DNA of 64,000 bases from Octopus sinensis (taxonomy: Eukaryota): assembly GCF_006345805.1 (NCBI RefSeq), contig NC_043005.1, forward strand, positions 34,658,001 through 34,722,000, given 5' to 3'. This document shows, piece after piece, positions 23,701-35,829 of the stretch (position 1 is the first letter of the stretch; each line of letters begins with the position of its first letter). A program made the position numbers and the translations under genes. Below the pieces are notes generated by a model. That model was not told the DNA's origin. It was given only the letters and a program-made list of their open reading frames with translations, and ran no database searches.

Positions 23701-24934
23701 CAGGGTATTCGAGCTAAATTTGATGATTTTTATGTCTCCTTTTTTCAGGAACAGCTTGATGTATTGGTGAACAGCCATGGGTGTTTGAGAGCATAAAGAT
23801 TAAAGTTGTAGCAGAGAAAAAGTTAGCTGACATGGGGGACTGGAAACTATCTGAATATTTGAAAAGAGTTACTTGTGTCAAGATGATTCATGCCAAGTAT
23901 CAAAATGCCAACATCGGGAGTGGCTGTGTGGCATCTTGGGCAAGTGTCTTCTGCTATAGCCCCGGGCCGACCAATGCCTTGTGAGTGGATTTGGTAGACA
24001 GAAACTGAAAGAAGCCTGTCGTATATATGTATATATAAGTGTGTGTGTATATGTTTGTATGTCTGTGTTTATCCCCCTAGCATTGCTTGACAACCGATGC
24101 TGGTGTGTTTATGTCCCTGTCACTTAGCGGTTCGGCAAAAGAGACCAATAGAATAAGTACTGGGCTTACAAAGAATAAGTCCCGGGGTCGATTTGCTCGA
24201 CTAAAGGCGGTGCTCCAGCATGGCCACAGTCAAATGACTGAAACAAGTAAAAGAGTAAAAGAGAGTAAAGAGATGGCTGCTCAATGCTCTCTGAACACTG
24301 TAAAGGCTGTAAGATGTGACATGGACGGCTGCAATGAAGACTGTGATGCCATGGCTAGCAGAAAGGAATACAGCAGGCATTCTGATTGCATTCACATGCA
24401 GCAATTCATTCAACAACTGCAGACAGAACCTTAGGCTCAATTCACATGGCTATGTGAAGTTGCTGGAGTCTGTGGTCAAACTTTGACTGGAGAGGGTCGC
24501 TACTGGAAGGCCATAATGCATAGCGGCAGGATTTGACTCTTTGCCATACCTTTGGAAAGAGTTAAAGGTGGTTGTCAGAGAATTTCTACATCACTCCCTT
24601 CAATTTCTGGTTTCCTAATTTCCCTGACTGTAATTCCATGGATTGCAATGTGTGAGGTACAATTGAGAAAGATACCAACTGCTCTGCTTACAGCACAAAG
24701 GCTGAGCTGGTGGCCAAAATCAAGGAGGTGTTCAAAGATCTTTCCAAGGATACAGTGAGGAATGCATATTCCAGGTTACAAAGCTGTCTTGAGGCCATGG
24801 TTGAACCTGAGGACAGCTATTTTGAATAAACTGTATCTCCCAACCATATTCTAGTTGATATCCTTTGGTCTTTTTAAAATTATTTTATTTTTGGATGAGA
24901 TACTGTGTCTTCCTTTTATGCAAACTTTAGCCAG

Positions 24935-24943
<9 letters not shown>
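23701..24943 (+). mobile_element. Degenerate, internally deleted Tc1/mariner element (maT/DD37D-like), interrupted by a SINE
   Basis: ta|cagggtattcgagctaaatt vs degenerate TIR tttagccagaatactgtg; N-terminus MGDWKLSEYLKR..AQCSLNTVKAVR; catalytic end W.PNS.DCN.MD..V.G. Confidence 0.75.
23915..24272 (+). mobile_element. Young SINE family C nested in the transposase gene
   Basis: Full family C sequence with many CpGs; splits NANI from MAAQCSL of the host transposase. Confidence 0.92.
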
Positions 24944-24989
<46 letters not shown>

Positions 24990-25469
24990 AAGTTATTTCA
25001 TAATTGCTCCTTATATAGATGCAGGCATGGCTGTGTGGGAAGAAGACTCGGACAAGACTACCTGCCGAAGTTAAGCATATCACTGGAAGGTGCAGGGCAC
25101 AGCATCAAGTTGTAGCAAGATGAACTTTAAATGAACCTCAACACTAGTAAGCTGTTTGAAGCATAATAACTATTTTGGTTACCATTTTCCCAAGCAGGAA
25201 ACAGAATTTCATGGAAGAACATTGTTCCTTTAATTTCAGCTATCATAAAAATCGATGAACAGGGGAGAAGCACTGCAAAACAAAAGATGTATCACATGGC
25301 AGTATGACTCCAGTCAATGTCACTGGTCAGCAGACTGATACCTGAGAGTCGCATCAAGTAGCCTCTAGTGGCAGAAGCCTGAACTACAATGGGCTTATCC
25401 CACAGAAAACATTTCCGGTTTCTTTTGGGTACCGCATCATATGATTTTCAGGATCCAATAGAATCAGGT

Positions 25470-25710
25470 AATATCTATGTGTGTCTAAGTGTCTTTGTGT
25501 CTGTATTTGTCCCCTACCACCATCCCCACTTAACAACCGGTACTGGAGTGTTTACAACCCCATAACTTAGCAGTTTGCCAAAAGTAACAAACAGAATAAG
25601 TGCTAGGCTTTAAAAAAAATAGTATTGGGGTTGATTCATTCAACAAAAACGTCCCCCAGATAGTCCCCCAGCATCGCCAAAGTCTAATGACTGAAACAAG
25701 TAAAAGATAT
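25470..25710 (+). mobile_element. SINE family C, 3' half (5' stub at about 25019-25045)
   Basis: ttgtcccctacc...cataacttagcagtt...tgactgaaacaagtaaaaga. Confidence 0.75.
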
Positions 25711-25940
25711 GTCCATTGGACATCTCTTTATTAGGGAGAGAGAGAGAGAGAGAAAGGGAGTGTTTATATCCATTGGTATTTCTGCCATTTCTGCTGCTGC
25801 TATTTCAGCAGTCCTTAAACAGCCAAACAGAAGTTCATATGACCACATAGAGTACATCTCAACACACAGACACATACAAGGACTCATGTCAAACATAATA
25901 TGGCACCAAAGACTATACACACACAGACACACACATGCAT

Positions 25941-25976
<36 letters not shown>

Positions 25977-26586
25977 TGTCAATAAATTACATTTAAATAG
26001 CAAAAATATTCAGCTTGTTGGTAAATTCACATCACTCTTTCTTTCTCTGTCTCTCATGCTTTTCAATCTCTAACTTCCTTCCTTATTTCTCTCTCTCTCT
26101 TTTCTTCTTCCTCTCCTCCATCAAACACACACACTTTAGACATTTAAACCTGGTAAAATTACCCATTTAACATAAGTAGATCAAACCTAGGACAGCACAC
26201 CAGTCCCAAGCGTAGTTTCACACTGCGAAAATAATACAGTAATTAGTGTGTGTGTGTGTGTGTGTAATAGTTGTATTAGAGGTAAGAGTCAGGTAATGAC
26301 AAGGGGTGGGAGAAGATCATATATTATGTGAGGCAGAGAGAGAGAGAGAGAGATTTGCACAGTGTTTGTAAATGAGTGTATTTACATGTTTGTGTGTGCT
26401 TGCAAGCAAACTGGGACAAGAGGCATGAGAGGTACAGAAAGAGAAAGCTAGAAAGGGAAAGACAATGGTTAAATGAAGGAGACTGCAAAAATAGACAATA
26501 AGAAGAGGAAGGGGTGGAGGAGGCAGCAATGAATGTAGTGTTTAGTCCTTCACTATTGTCTGTCTGTGTGGCTTGGTGTGAAGTTT

Positions 26587-26760
26587 TTAACAGCAAGGAT
26601 ACAAAAGATTGGCCAAAACTAATAGCAAATCCTTCTTTTCATTCTGGGGTGAACTTTGTAATATAAGACTAGGAGGTACTGTGGGTAGGTGGGTTTCTAT
26701 TGAACTGACAAATGTTTCTGTAGCTGGCAATGTCAAACTGTTGAACTCAACACCTCCCAC
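26587..26760 (-). CDS. Weak candidate exon: VGGVEFNSLTLPATETFVSSIETHLPTVPPSLILQSSPQNEKKDLLLVLANLLYPCC*
   Basis: 57 open codons starting immediately after ggtttttgtag; no homology recognised. Confidence 0.2.
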   Translation of the reverse strand: MGGVEFNSLTLPATETFVSSIETHLPTVPPSLILQSSPQNEKKDLLLVLANLLYPCC

Positions 26761-27964
26761 CTACAAAAACCTATGGAAGCCACATAAAACCATCACCATC
26801 ACCACCACCCTACATGGCGGTGGTGGTCATTGGAGTTGCTAATAAAGGCAATCAACTCTACTAGTTTGTTCAATTAAAACTGAGCTGGGATTTACATCAC
26901 TATCACCACCACCATCACCACCACCACCACAACAACAACAAGAAGCAAAACAACCCATCTTCTATTCACTGCCAAACAAGAAAACAAATACTACTATGCC
27001 ATGCTGAGATATTGACCCAAGTACTTACTGAGATTTAATGTAATCCTGCATAGTCTGCTTAAAAAAAAGTCAACATCTTAAACAAGGGATATAAGTTAAT
27101 GGAGGGAACAACTACAAGTCTTTCAATCTGCTAGAAGTAGCAGCCAAATCACTCTCAACTCCTAATTCATCATATTAAAAGAAAAGGACATGTTGTATAA
27201 TGTAGTTGTAGATATAACTATTCTTTAAAAAAAAACTATAAAAAAGAAAGAAGGAAGGTGAATTGTGATGGCTAGAATATCTTTGATTGGAAAATTTTAT
27301 CAATGAACAATAACAAATCAGTCTGAAGAGTCTCATCAAACAACAACACCAAGTCAATGTCTTGAGAAAGCATTCTACCAACTATAATAGTTCAACATCT
27401 CTTCCTACCTTTGCAACTCCCTGAGTATTTTTCATGCCTCAGACTTTGGTTATCCACTAAAGCACTCACAGCAGCAACTTATTTACTGTACAATAAATAG
27501 TTTTATACTCTACACTTTATAACATGCCCCTCTATTGTCTCATATAATTTCACTACCAAAAACTATGCCACAACTCCCTCAATATTTCTACTCTTTCCCA
27601 GTAACCATGGCCATCACTTGCAAGCAAGTATGACCTGGAAGTATCAGTAATGCTTTTGCAAATTGTTTGCCTCTGTAGTTGTGAGCAGACATTGACATCC
27701 TGTTGGTCCTCCTTTGATCCAGTGGAACACTGAGGATATCACTGCAGGAGGTTAGGGAGAGGCTACCCAAGGAACTGGCTAGTACTTATTTTCTGCATAG
27801 CAGACTAAAGCAACATGAAATGAAGTACTTTACTCAATGATACAATGTACCATGCCTGGTTTGAGATTTGAACCTATGACTTCATAATCACGAGTCTAAC
27901 ATCCTAACTGATAGGCTACACAGTACATTTAACCACCAACCCAATATTCCACAATACTGAACTA

Positions 27965-28342
27965 TCTTTTATCTTTTACTTGTTTCAGTCATTAGACTGC
28001 AGCTTGCTGGAGTACCACCTTGAGAATTTTAGTCAAATTATTTGACCCCAGTACTTATTCTTTGCAGAAACACTAAGTTATGAGAGCATCAGCACACCAA
28101 CACCTGTTGTCAGGCAGTGATGGGAAACAAACACACACACACAGACATATATATATGATTGTCTTCTTTCAGTTTATCTATCTAATCAACTCACAAGGCT
28201 TTGGTCAGCCCAAGGTTGTAGTAGAAGACACTTGCTCAAGGTGCTACACAGTGAGACGCTTGCCCAAGGTGCCACGCAGTGGGACAACCCGAAACCATGT
28301 GACTGGGAAACAATTTTCTTACCATACAGTCATGCTTGTGCC
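27965..28342 (-). mobile_element. SINE family C with internal duplication of the cttg..caaggtgc segment
   Basis: Reverse complement of family C; source of the 168-aa ORF at 28080. Confidence 0.85.
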
Positions 28343-30834
28343 CCATATCCTACATTATCTGAAAACCCTCACAAACTCTATTAAATCCTACACTGAAAAC
28401 CTCCTTTCTCCACCTTACTGGCATTCTACATTATCCAAGTACCTCTTCTACAGTGGCACCCAAGTATTCCCTTTCTACAATATCAATGTTATCCTGCATC
28501 GCTGCCTCTTTTACCCCTGTTCCATACACAGTTCTAAAATTCCCTTAAATGACAGCAATAAAGTTTGTCCCTTTTTCTTCTCATGATGCTGTCAAATGAC
28601 TTGAAAAACTGTAAACCCTTTCCATAAATCACAGCAACTACTTCCATTTTAACTCTATTCAAAAGATTTACTGGATCTTGGATGAGACATTAATCCATTA
28701 ATCCTACATAATCTTATCACAACAGGATTAGCCTATTTTCCTCAGTATCCTGCAATCCTCTGTGCTTCTCTCTCATCTCTCCCTATCCCTATACATTTAA
28801 CCCCACTCCCACTCTCTGTAGGTTCCTCTTACAGTTAAGGTATAAAGGGTTTGCTCACAGCTGTTGTTGAATCAGCACATTTAACACCCGACTCCACCTC
28901 CATCACATAAAATGACTATCATCTTCTTCTTCCTCTATACATTTACCTACAACACACATGCACAAACAAACATACATACATACACACTTACATGCTTAGC
29001 TTGGCTTGTTGATGTGCTTTTTAAGCCATTCCAAGAATGAATTAGACTATTTTCAGAAGCTACCACACAACACAGGCCATTAACCAGAGTATATTGCAAA
29101 TACTTCAGTAGTTCAAACTAGAAATATCCAATCTTGGAGTAATAGGGTGAAAACACAGACAAACAGAAGCCATGCTTTTATTGTCTTACGATTTCATGGT
29201 TTTGTTTAAGTGTTCATAATGTAGGCACAAGGCCTGAAATTGTAAGTGTGCAGAGGGTGGGATGGGGTAGACACATGGAGGTGAATAGTTGATTGGTACT
29301 TTACTTTATTGGCCCCAGCACAAGGCTGGTACTTATTTTTATTGTTCTCAGTACATGTCAGGAGTAGGGTTGTTGAATTTTAGAAATAAGAAATACTTGA
29401 AGGATACTGTATGCTGACAGCTAATATAAGTATGTGTAATTTCCATTTACCAAATTATATTTATAAATGTCTACATAGTTTCTGTCTACCAAATCATTTG
29501 TATTCATAATACAGTGCTCAAGTTAATACTATGGTAGAAATACTTTCCCAAAGTTCTGAATAGTGGGAATGAACATGAAACAATGTAGTTGTGAAGCAAA
29601 CTTCTTAACCATTCAGCCATGCATGCATCAGTGGCAGTGGCTTTACTTAAAAATATTATTTGCTTTTAAGAGAAAATTGTAGAAAAGAGGATTGAGGATT
29701 CAAGTCTATCAAGTTTTTCAGAAATACTAAAGCTGTTGATATTAAATTTAATTCAGACTACAACTCTTCATTAAAAAAAAAACAAAAACAGTCACATAAA
29801 CACCCTTTGAAAAAGTGTGTCAAGCACTGTGTAAGTTGCAAGTGGGTTATAAGAGAGTAAAAAATACAGGAGGAGATACATGAAAACACGTGTTTGTGTG
29901 TATGTGCGTGTATTTGTAGAAGTGCATGCATAGATGGGTGTGTGTATATATAAGAAAGCATACGCGAGTTGGCTAAGAGTCCATAAGAAAGCATATGTAT
30001 ATGTGAGCATGGGACAGTGTGTTTATAAGAAAATTTAAGTATATATATTCATGTATGAGTGCATATGAATGACAATAAGAGTGTGTGTAGAGAAAGCATG
30101 AGTGTATATATGCTTGTATGAGAATGTGTATGTATAGATAAAAAGAGGTGGGGTAAAACTAGATGAGAGTGTGTGCAAGTGCATGTGTCTGTACATATAT
30201 GTTTTCACGAGTGTGCATGTACACACACACACACAAACTACTACAATACCCTCAAATATCTTTCAGTCAATAAGACTATTTGTTCACAAAGTAAACAACA
30301 GAGATTATCCAGTAATCTCTTAATAATAAGACAGACTAAATTAATAGTGATATCAAGTCCCCTTTACACATACACTCCTTTCTCTCGCATCTAAACATGA
30401 ATGTAAAACCAACACACACACACACACACACACAAAATGTCACTCTTCACCTACTGCCACCCCCTCCTCCTACTACCGCCAATACCAAATTTTATCAGCC
30501 TGTTTGTTATTCAGTTATTTATGATTAATCATCTCAGATGGCCAACAGCTGAAGTAAATTCCTTGTAATAATCTACTTTGTTACTTCAGGTTTCTTAGTT
30601 CAAATCTCTTGGGTTGAGCTTGTCATTTACCCATACAGTGGGATCAATAAAAAAAAATGTAAATCAACAAAACAACAGGGATTTTACTTGCCACCTCACA
30701 TTCCATTTTTAAAAAATTCTTTTTCCAATTCAAAAAAAAAAAGACAACAAAACAGTAACTATTGGTAGAATAATACCCTGACAGTCTTCTAAGTTTTTCA
30801 TCCCCTCCAATTCTAAGACTTGATGTCACGAGCC

Positions 30835-31190
30835 AGAAGAATTGTTAGTACACTGGGTAAAATGCTTAGTGGCATTTCCTCTGTCTTCACATTCCAAGTT
30901 CAAATTCTGCCATGGTTGGCTTTGCCTTTCATTCTTTCAGAGTTGATAAAATAAGTACCAGTTGAACACTGGGGTCTATGTAATCAACTAGATCCCTTCC
31001 TTGAATTTGCTGGCCTTGTGCCAAAATTTGAAACCATTATTATTATCATATGTGAGGTGACATAATGATTAAATGCTTAGCAGCATTTCTTCTGGCACTT
31101 TACATTCTGAGTTCAAATCCAGCTGAGGCTGACTTTACCTTCCAGCCTTTTGGGGTCCATAAAACCTAGTCAAGTACTCACTGAGGCAGA
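30835..31190 (+). mobile_element. Two SINE family A copies (30835-31030, 31060-31190 partial)
   Basis: aaatgcttag, ttc(t)gagttcaaat(t)c, ctttcatt/cc, ataagtaccag. Confidence 0.75.
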
Positions 31191-31555
31191 TTTTCTTTGG
31201 CTAGATGCCCTTTCTGCTGCCAATCCTCATGTATCTACAAGTAAGGAATTGCTTCAAGGTCAGTCATGCTTTCATGGAAGAATGGATACAAACAACACTG
31301 TATGTTGGCGATATTCATTCACAAATGTTGCACGATACCAACACAAACACCTACATGTGCACACATATGTATATACATAAAATATCCATACATATACATG
31401 ATGGGCTTCTTTCAGTTTCCATCTACCAAATTCATTCAGAAGACTTTAGTTGACCAGAAGATGTGGAAGACACTTGTCCAAGGTGCTGCACAGTGGGACT
31501 GAACCCAGAGCCTTGTGGTTGGGAAGCAAACTTCTTATCACACAGCCACATGAGT
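31190..31555 (-). mobile_element. Family B variant (31190-31340) plus SINE family C 5' half (31395-31555)
   Basis: gatgccctttctgctgccaa; gaagacacttgtccaaggtgc...gggactgaacccag. Confidence 0.65.
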
Positions 31556-32123
31556 ACCTACAGAGGTCTATATGAACACACACACACACACACATGTTAC
31601 ATTATCTGCATGCATAGCTATCTCTCATGTGGTCATTGATACCTTTTCATTTAATTTCCTACATAAAATAGTAATAAGAAATAACAAATTCAATTCTACT
31701 TTTCTAATTTACTAACCAGGTAAATATTAATTTCTAGAGATAGATAAGAAACAGACAGATTAAAAATAGGTGCCTTCATAATCACAAAAGTAACTTCATT
31801 TATAAAACCTTATCAAAACTATTTCTGTTACTCATAAGTACACCCTCATTATTGTTAATCACCTGAGGGCCTTAGATATGAGAACATCTTAACAAACAAA
31901 CAACTACATGCAATAAAAGAAGAAAACACTGTTTGTATGCAATCTACAGGAATCTATTGAATTTAATAGTATATGTTCTTATGAAATATAAGATGTTTTT
32001 ATCATATTCTTTTATATTGATCACAATGTCTTCACCTGCAGCAACTCCTCCACTATTATCTACATCAAACATCATCAATTAAGAAAAATCTAAAATATAT
32101 ATGTGCACACACACACACATCCT

Positions 32124-32339
32124 TATAACAAATGAGAGAAAGAGAAAATGGATTTCACAAGATTCTTTATTAGTCACAATGATTGTTTCAACCCATCTTG
32201 CATTACTCCTTTGTGGGTGAGATTCAGGACAACATTGTCCAGAATCTCACCCACATGGGACCAATGCATGATGGGTTAAAACAATCATTGTGATCAATAA
32301 AGAATCTAATGAATTTCATTTTCTCTCCCATTTGTTATA
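32124..32339. repeat. Palindromic MITE-like hairpin, about 105-bp arms, 2-nt centre, TA-bounded
   Basis: tataacaaatg...ggacaa ca ttgtcc...catttgttata; arms align throughout with scattered mismatches. Confidence 0.9.
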
Positions 32340-33379
32340 TATTCTTTAGGCTAAAGACCCCCTTTGGTCATGAATGACCATGGGAATTCCAGACATGAAG
32401 GAATTCCTGAAGTAAATCCAGTGGCATTTATATCTATACTGTTGATAACATCAGGTAGCCACAGACAGTGAATGTGCTTTAATCGGCATACTACTAGGTG
32501 CTTACCCAAGTCTAAAATAATTACACACAAATTTTTATATGCACACATGAATATGTAAACCCTTTCTCTTTCTACATGTGAAAGGTTTCCTCCTTAAAGA
32601 GGGAACCTTTATATGGTTGTGGAGAATACTAGAAATAGTGGCTGTAAAGTTTAAAAGCTCAGTTTTGGATTCAGTCCTTCTGTGTAGCACTTTGTCTTCT
32701 GCTATATCCCCAGGTCAACCAATGTCTGGTGAATGAATTTGGTACTTGGAAACTGAGAGGAAATTTGGAAACTGAGTGTTTGTGTATAAAGATTTTAACA
32801 TACTGTTAGAAATAGAAGGGATGGTCATTGCCAGAATACATTTGATCATAGGTCTCCTGGACCAAGGTTGATCTGAGTTTAAACAATAACTATCATGTCC
32901 CTCAAAAACAGTAAAATTATCAGCAATAAAAAAGGTGAGGGGTTAAGGGTAGCAGTTGTAGGAGCATCAACAGTTGGGGAGCAACATAAGCAGGAGTATT
33001 AGTAATAGCATGAGAAAAGCAAAAAAAAATAAACTCCATCCCTCATGTACACCAAATCAAGAATAAGGGTGGGAAGAACAAGGGTGGCAGTGGTGGTGAT
33101 GGCAGTAGTAGTAGTAGAAATTAGGGTGTGTCATGGTGGTGTTACAGTAGTAGTAGTATTAGTAGTAGTGGCAGAAACATTAGTAATAAGGGTGCAAAGA
33201 ACAGCAGTAGTCATTGAGGAAGTGGTGGTGGTGGTGGTGTGAGGAATATCAGTAACATCAGAAATCAGAAGTACCAGTTGTCATGTGAACATGGCTACAT
33301 GTGTTAGAAGCATTTGTTGTCCAAGGCAGCAGCAGAAGCATACAAACAATATTTGCAGCAACAGTAGTAGCTGTAGTAG

Positions 33380-33612
33380 TAGTGACATTTCGGCAGAATC
33401 GGTAGAGCACCAGATAAAATACCCTGTGTTATTCTATCATGTCACTCTACATTCTTAATACAAATCCTGCCAAAGTTTTTACTTTCATGCCTTCCCCTAC
33501 CCTTAAGTCCATATACTAAAAGTATAAGTCAAATACCAAGGCTACTGAAATTAATTAAAACTCTTCCCTAAAAATTCCAGGCCTTGTGCCTATAGAAGAA
33601 AGGATTATTATT
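33380..33612 (+). mobile_element. SINE family A (degenerate)
   Basis: cggcagaatcg head, aattccaggccttgtgcctatagaagaaaggattattatt tail. Confidence 0.75.
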
Positions 33613-34712
33613 AGCAACAATAGCATTAGTACAGTTTGCAAGATTATCATCATCACCATCATCAATCACAGTAGCAGTAAATGAGAGCTAAAATATAAGA
33701 ATACCACGACAGTGGCATCAGTAACATCATCATCATCAATGAAATAGGAGCAATAAAAGATGTACAGGACACCAGCATCACCAGCACCTCTCAAATCATC
33801 ATCATCATCATCATCACCACCGCTGGTGGTGGTGGTGTTGAGTCTCAGTGTGATGACTAACATATCTGGTCTGTAGTGAGAGGAACAGTGAGAGATTTCT
33901 GGATACAGTGTCATTGCTTTTGGTACTTTAGCGGAACCAATGATATACAGGAGTCTGCTGCTACTGATGAGGATGGTAGTGATGGTGGGAGTGGTAGTTA
34001 GGGTAGTGTGACTGATGGTGGTGGTGGTGGTGGTGGTGTAACTAGTTGAGTTGATTGTTGTATGGCGATGGTAGAGTTAGTTAGGGGTAGCTGTGGTTGT
34101 GGTAAATGACACACTACCACAGGTACAACTTAGTATTCTTACCTACAAAGCTTTTCACCAACTAATGTAGTAGTAGTAGTAGTTCGTTTCTATTGTTATA
34201 GTAACATGTTAGTATTTTATCTTTATTTAGCCACAAGTGTTAGATCTATGATCAAAGTAAACCAATGATCAAAAACTTTCCAGCCATGACTATCCTGTCT
34301 ATTTACAGGGAAAAGGGCATTTAGCACTACACTATTTAATGTTTACTTTCTTCAATGAAGAATATGCAAGTTGAAGATTTGGCTGTTATTTGTAGCATGT
34401 TCAGAAACCACTTAAGGCTCTCTCATTGGCTAGACCTTTTCTTGTTTTTATATGGTTTATTCAGGACTGTTGTGGTACTGCATTTGTTTTTGTTATTCTA
34501 ATAGTTTAGTATTAGTGGTTGTGGTTGGTATTGTTGTCAGTCACAATTATTTGTCATTTAACAGATTTATTTTAACAAATTTTGGTTGATACTTTTTGCT
34601 TTTAGTCTTTGTTTTTATTATTGTTAGTTGGTGAAAAGATTTATAGGTGAGAATATTAAGTTGTACCTGTGATAGTGTGTCATTGTTAGTATTATTATTA
34701 TTATTATTATAC

Positions 34713-34945
34713 TTAAGGCAAGCAAGCTGGCAGAATCGTTACCAAGTTGGATGAACTGGCAGAATCATTAGCAGTATTTTGCCCATCTCTATGTTCTGAA
34801 TTCAAATTCTGCTGAGGTCGACTTGGCCTCTAACCCTTTTGGGGTCACTAAGTTAAGTACCAGTTAAATACTGAGATCGATGTAATCAACTAGACCCCTC
34901 TCCCCAAATTTCAGGTCTTGTGCCTTCAGTAGAAAGGATTATTAT
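34713..34945 (+). mobile_element. SINE family A with duplicated A-box segment
   Basis: ctggcagaatc twice, ttctgaattcaaattc, (ATT)n on both flanks. Confidence 0.85.
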
Positions 34946-34959
34946 AATTATCATTATTG

Positions 34960-35316
34960 TACTTTTGGGAATATGACCAAAGACTGCATGTACTCCATCC
35001 CATGCAGCTGTGGGAGGTTATACAAAGGTGAAACATGACACCCCCTCAAAATAAAGGTAGAGAACATCACAAAGCTGTGACATGAGGAGATATTGATAAA
35101 TCGGGTATAGCTGATCATGTATGGAAAAAGGGAGACAATCTCCCCCTGCAAGATGAATTAAAAATAATAGACAAAGAACACCACTGGAAAATACGGAAAC
35201 TAAAAGAAGCAGCACATGTGCTCGGCCATGACAACCTCCTAAGCAGACTGAGTGTAGATATGAGTAGCGTATGGGAACCGGTATTAAGGAAGGATAAGAA
35301 AATATTAGATTTTTAA
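34960..35316 (+). mobile_element. Penelope-like element, GIY-YIG endonuclease C-terminal remnant
   Basis: TKDCMYSIPCSCGRLYKGET.HPLKIK..EH....KSGIADHVW...IIDKEHHWKIRKLKEAAH..VWEPVL, with frameshifts. Confidence 0.85.
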
Positions 35317-35339
35317 GCCCTAAAATTCACTCCATAATT

Positions 35340-35565
35340 GCCCACAGGTAGTGGTTAAGAGCGCAGGCTACTAACCCCAAGATTCCAAGTTCGATTCCAA
35401 GCAGTGACCTGAATAATAGTAACAACATCAAAAAATACCTTAGGAATGAGAATCCAGGTTCGAAATTTCCCCCAAGATACCTTATGAAGGCTGGAGGGTA
35501 TATCAGCCAAAACGTATTAACAACAAACAAGATAAGGACAAATATCCGTCAAATGTAAATAAGGA
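35340..35565 (+). mobile_element. tRNA-like head plus hammerhead-bearing terminal repeat downstream of the Penelope ORF
   Basis: agtggttaagagcgc, B box gttcgattcc (35389-35398), then hammerhead-like core. Confidence 0.65.
35476..35518 (+). ncRNA. Degenerate type-I hammerhead ribozyme (probably inactive)
   Basis: gatac CTTATGA a GGCTG gagggtatat CAGCC AAAAC gtatt: stem II intact; G5 and G12 changed; no NUH triplet between stems III and I. Confidence 0.6.
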
Positions 35566-35829
35566 TAGCTTAAGTTGTGCACTTTTTTTAATAATGTCAC
35601 CTACATAGACCACAAATTTGTGATTTGTATAGTCAACCTAGATAGGTATCATAGGCAAGGAACACATTACTCTCGTAGTGACAAGTTTTCAGAGACCGGA
35701 TTAGCGAATCAGTTAAGCAGGCATTGATGAGGGTCAATTGTCAACAACAAATGGTGGTTTGCTTTGAAAAGGGTAATTACAGTAGAATCAATTAGGTTTA
35801 GTAAGACATTAGAGACACAAAAAAAATTG

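Noticed and set aside
25361-25376. CTCF-like motif gcctctagtggcag
   Set aside because: One base short of the consensus spacing on either strand; a single occurrence
28080-28586. Longest ORF in the track (168 aa)
   Set aside because: First half is an antisense SINE C and the rest is low-complexity pyrimidine-rich DNA; no protein motif
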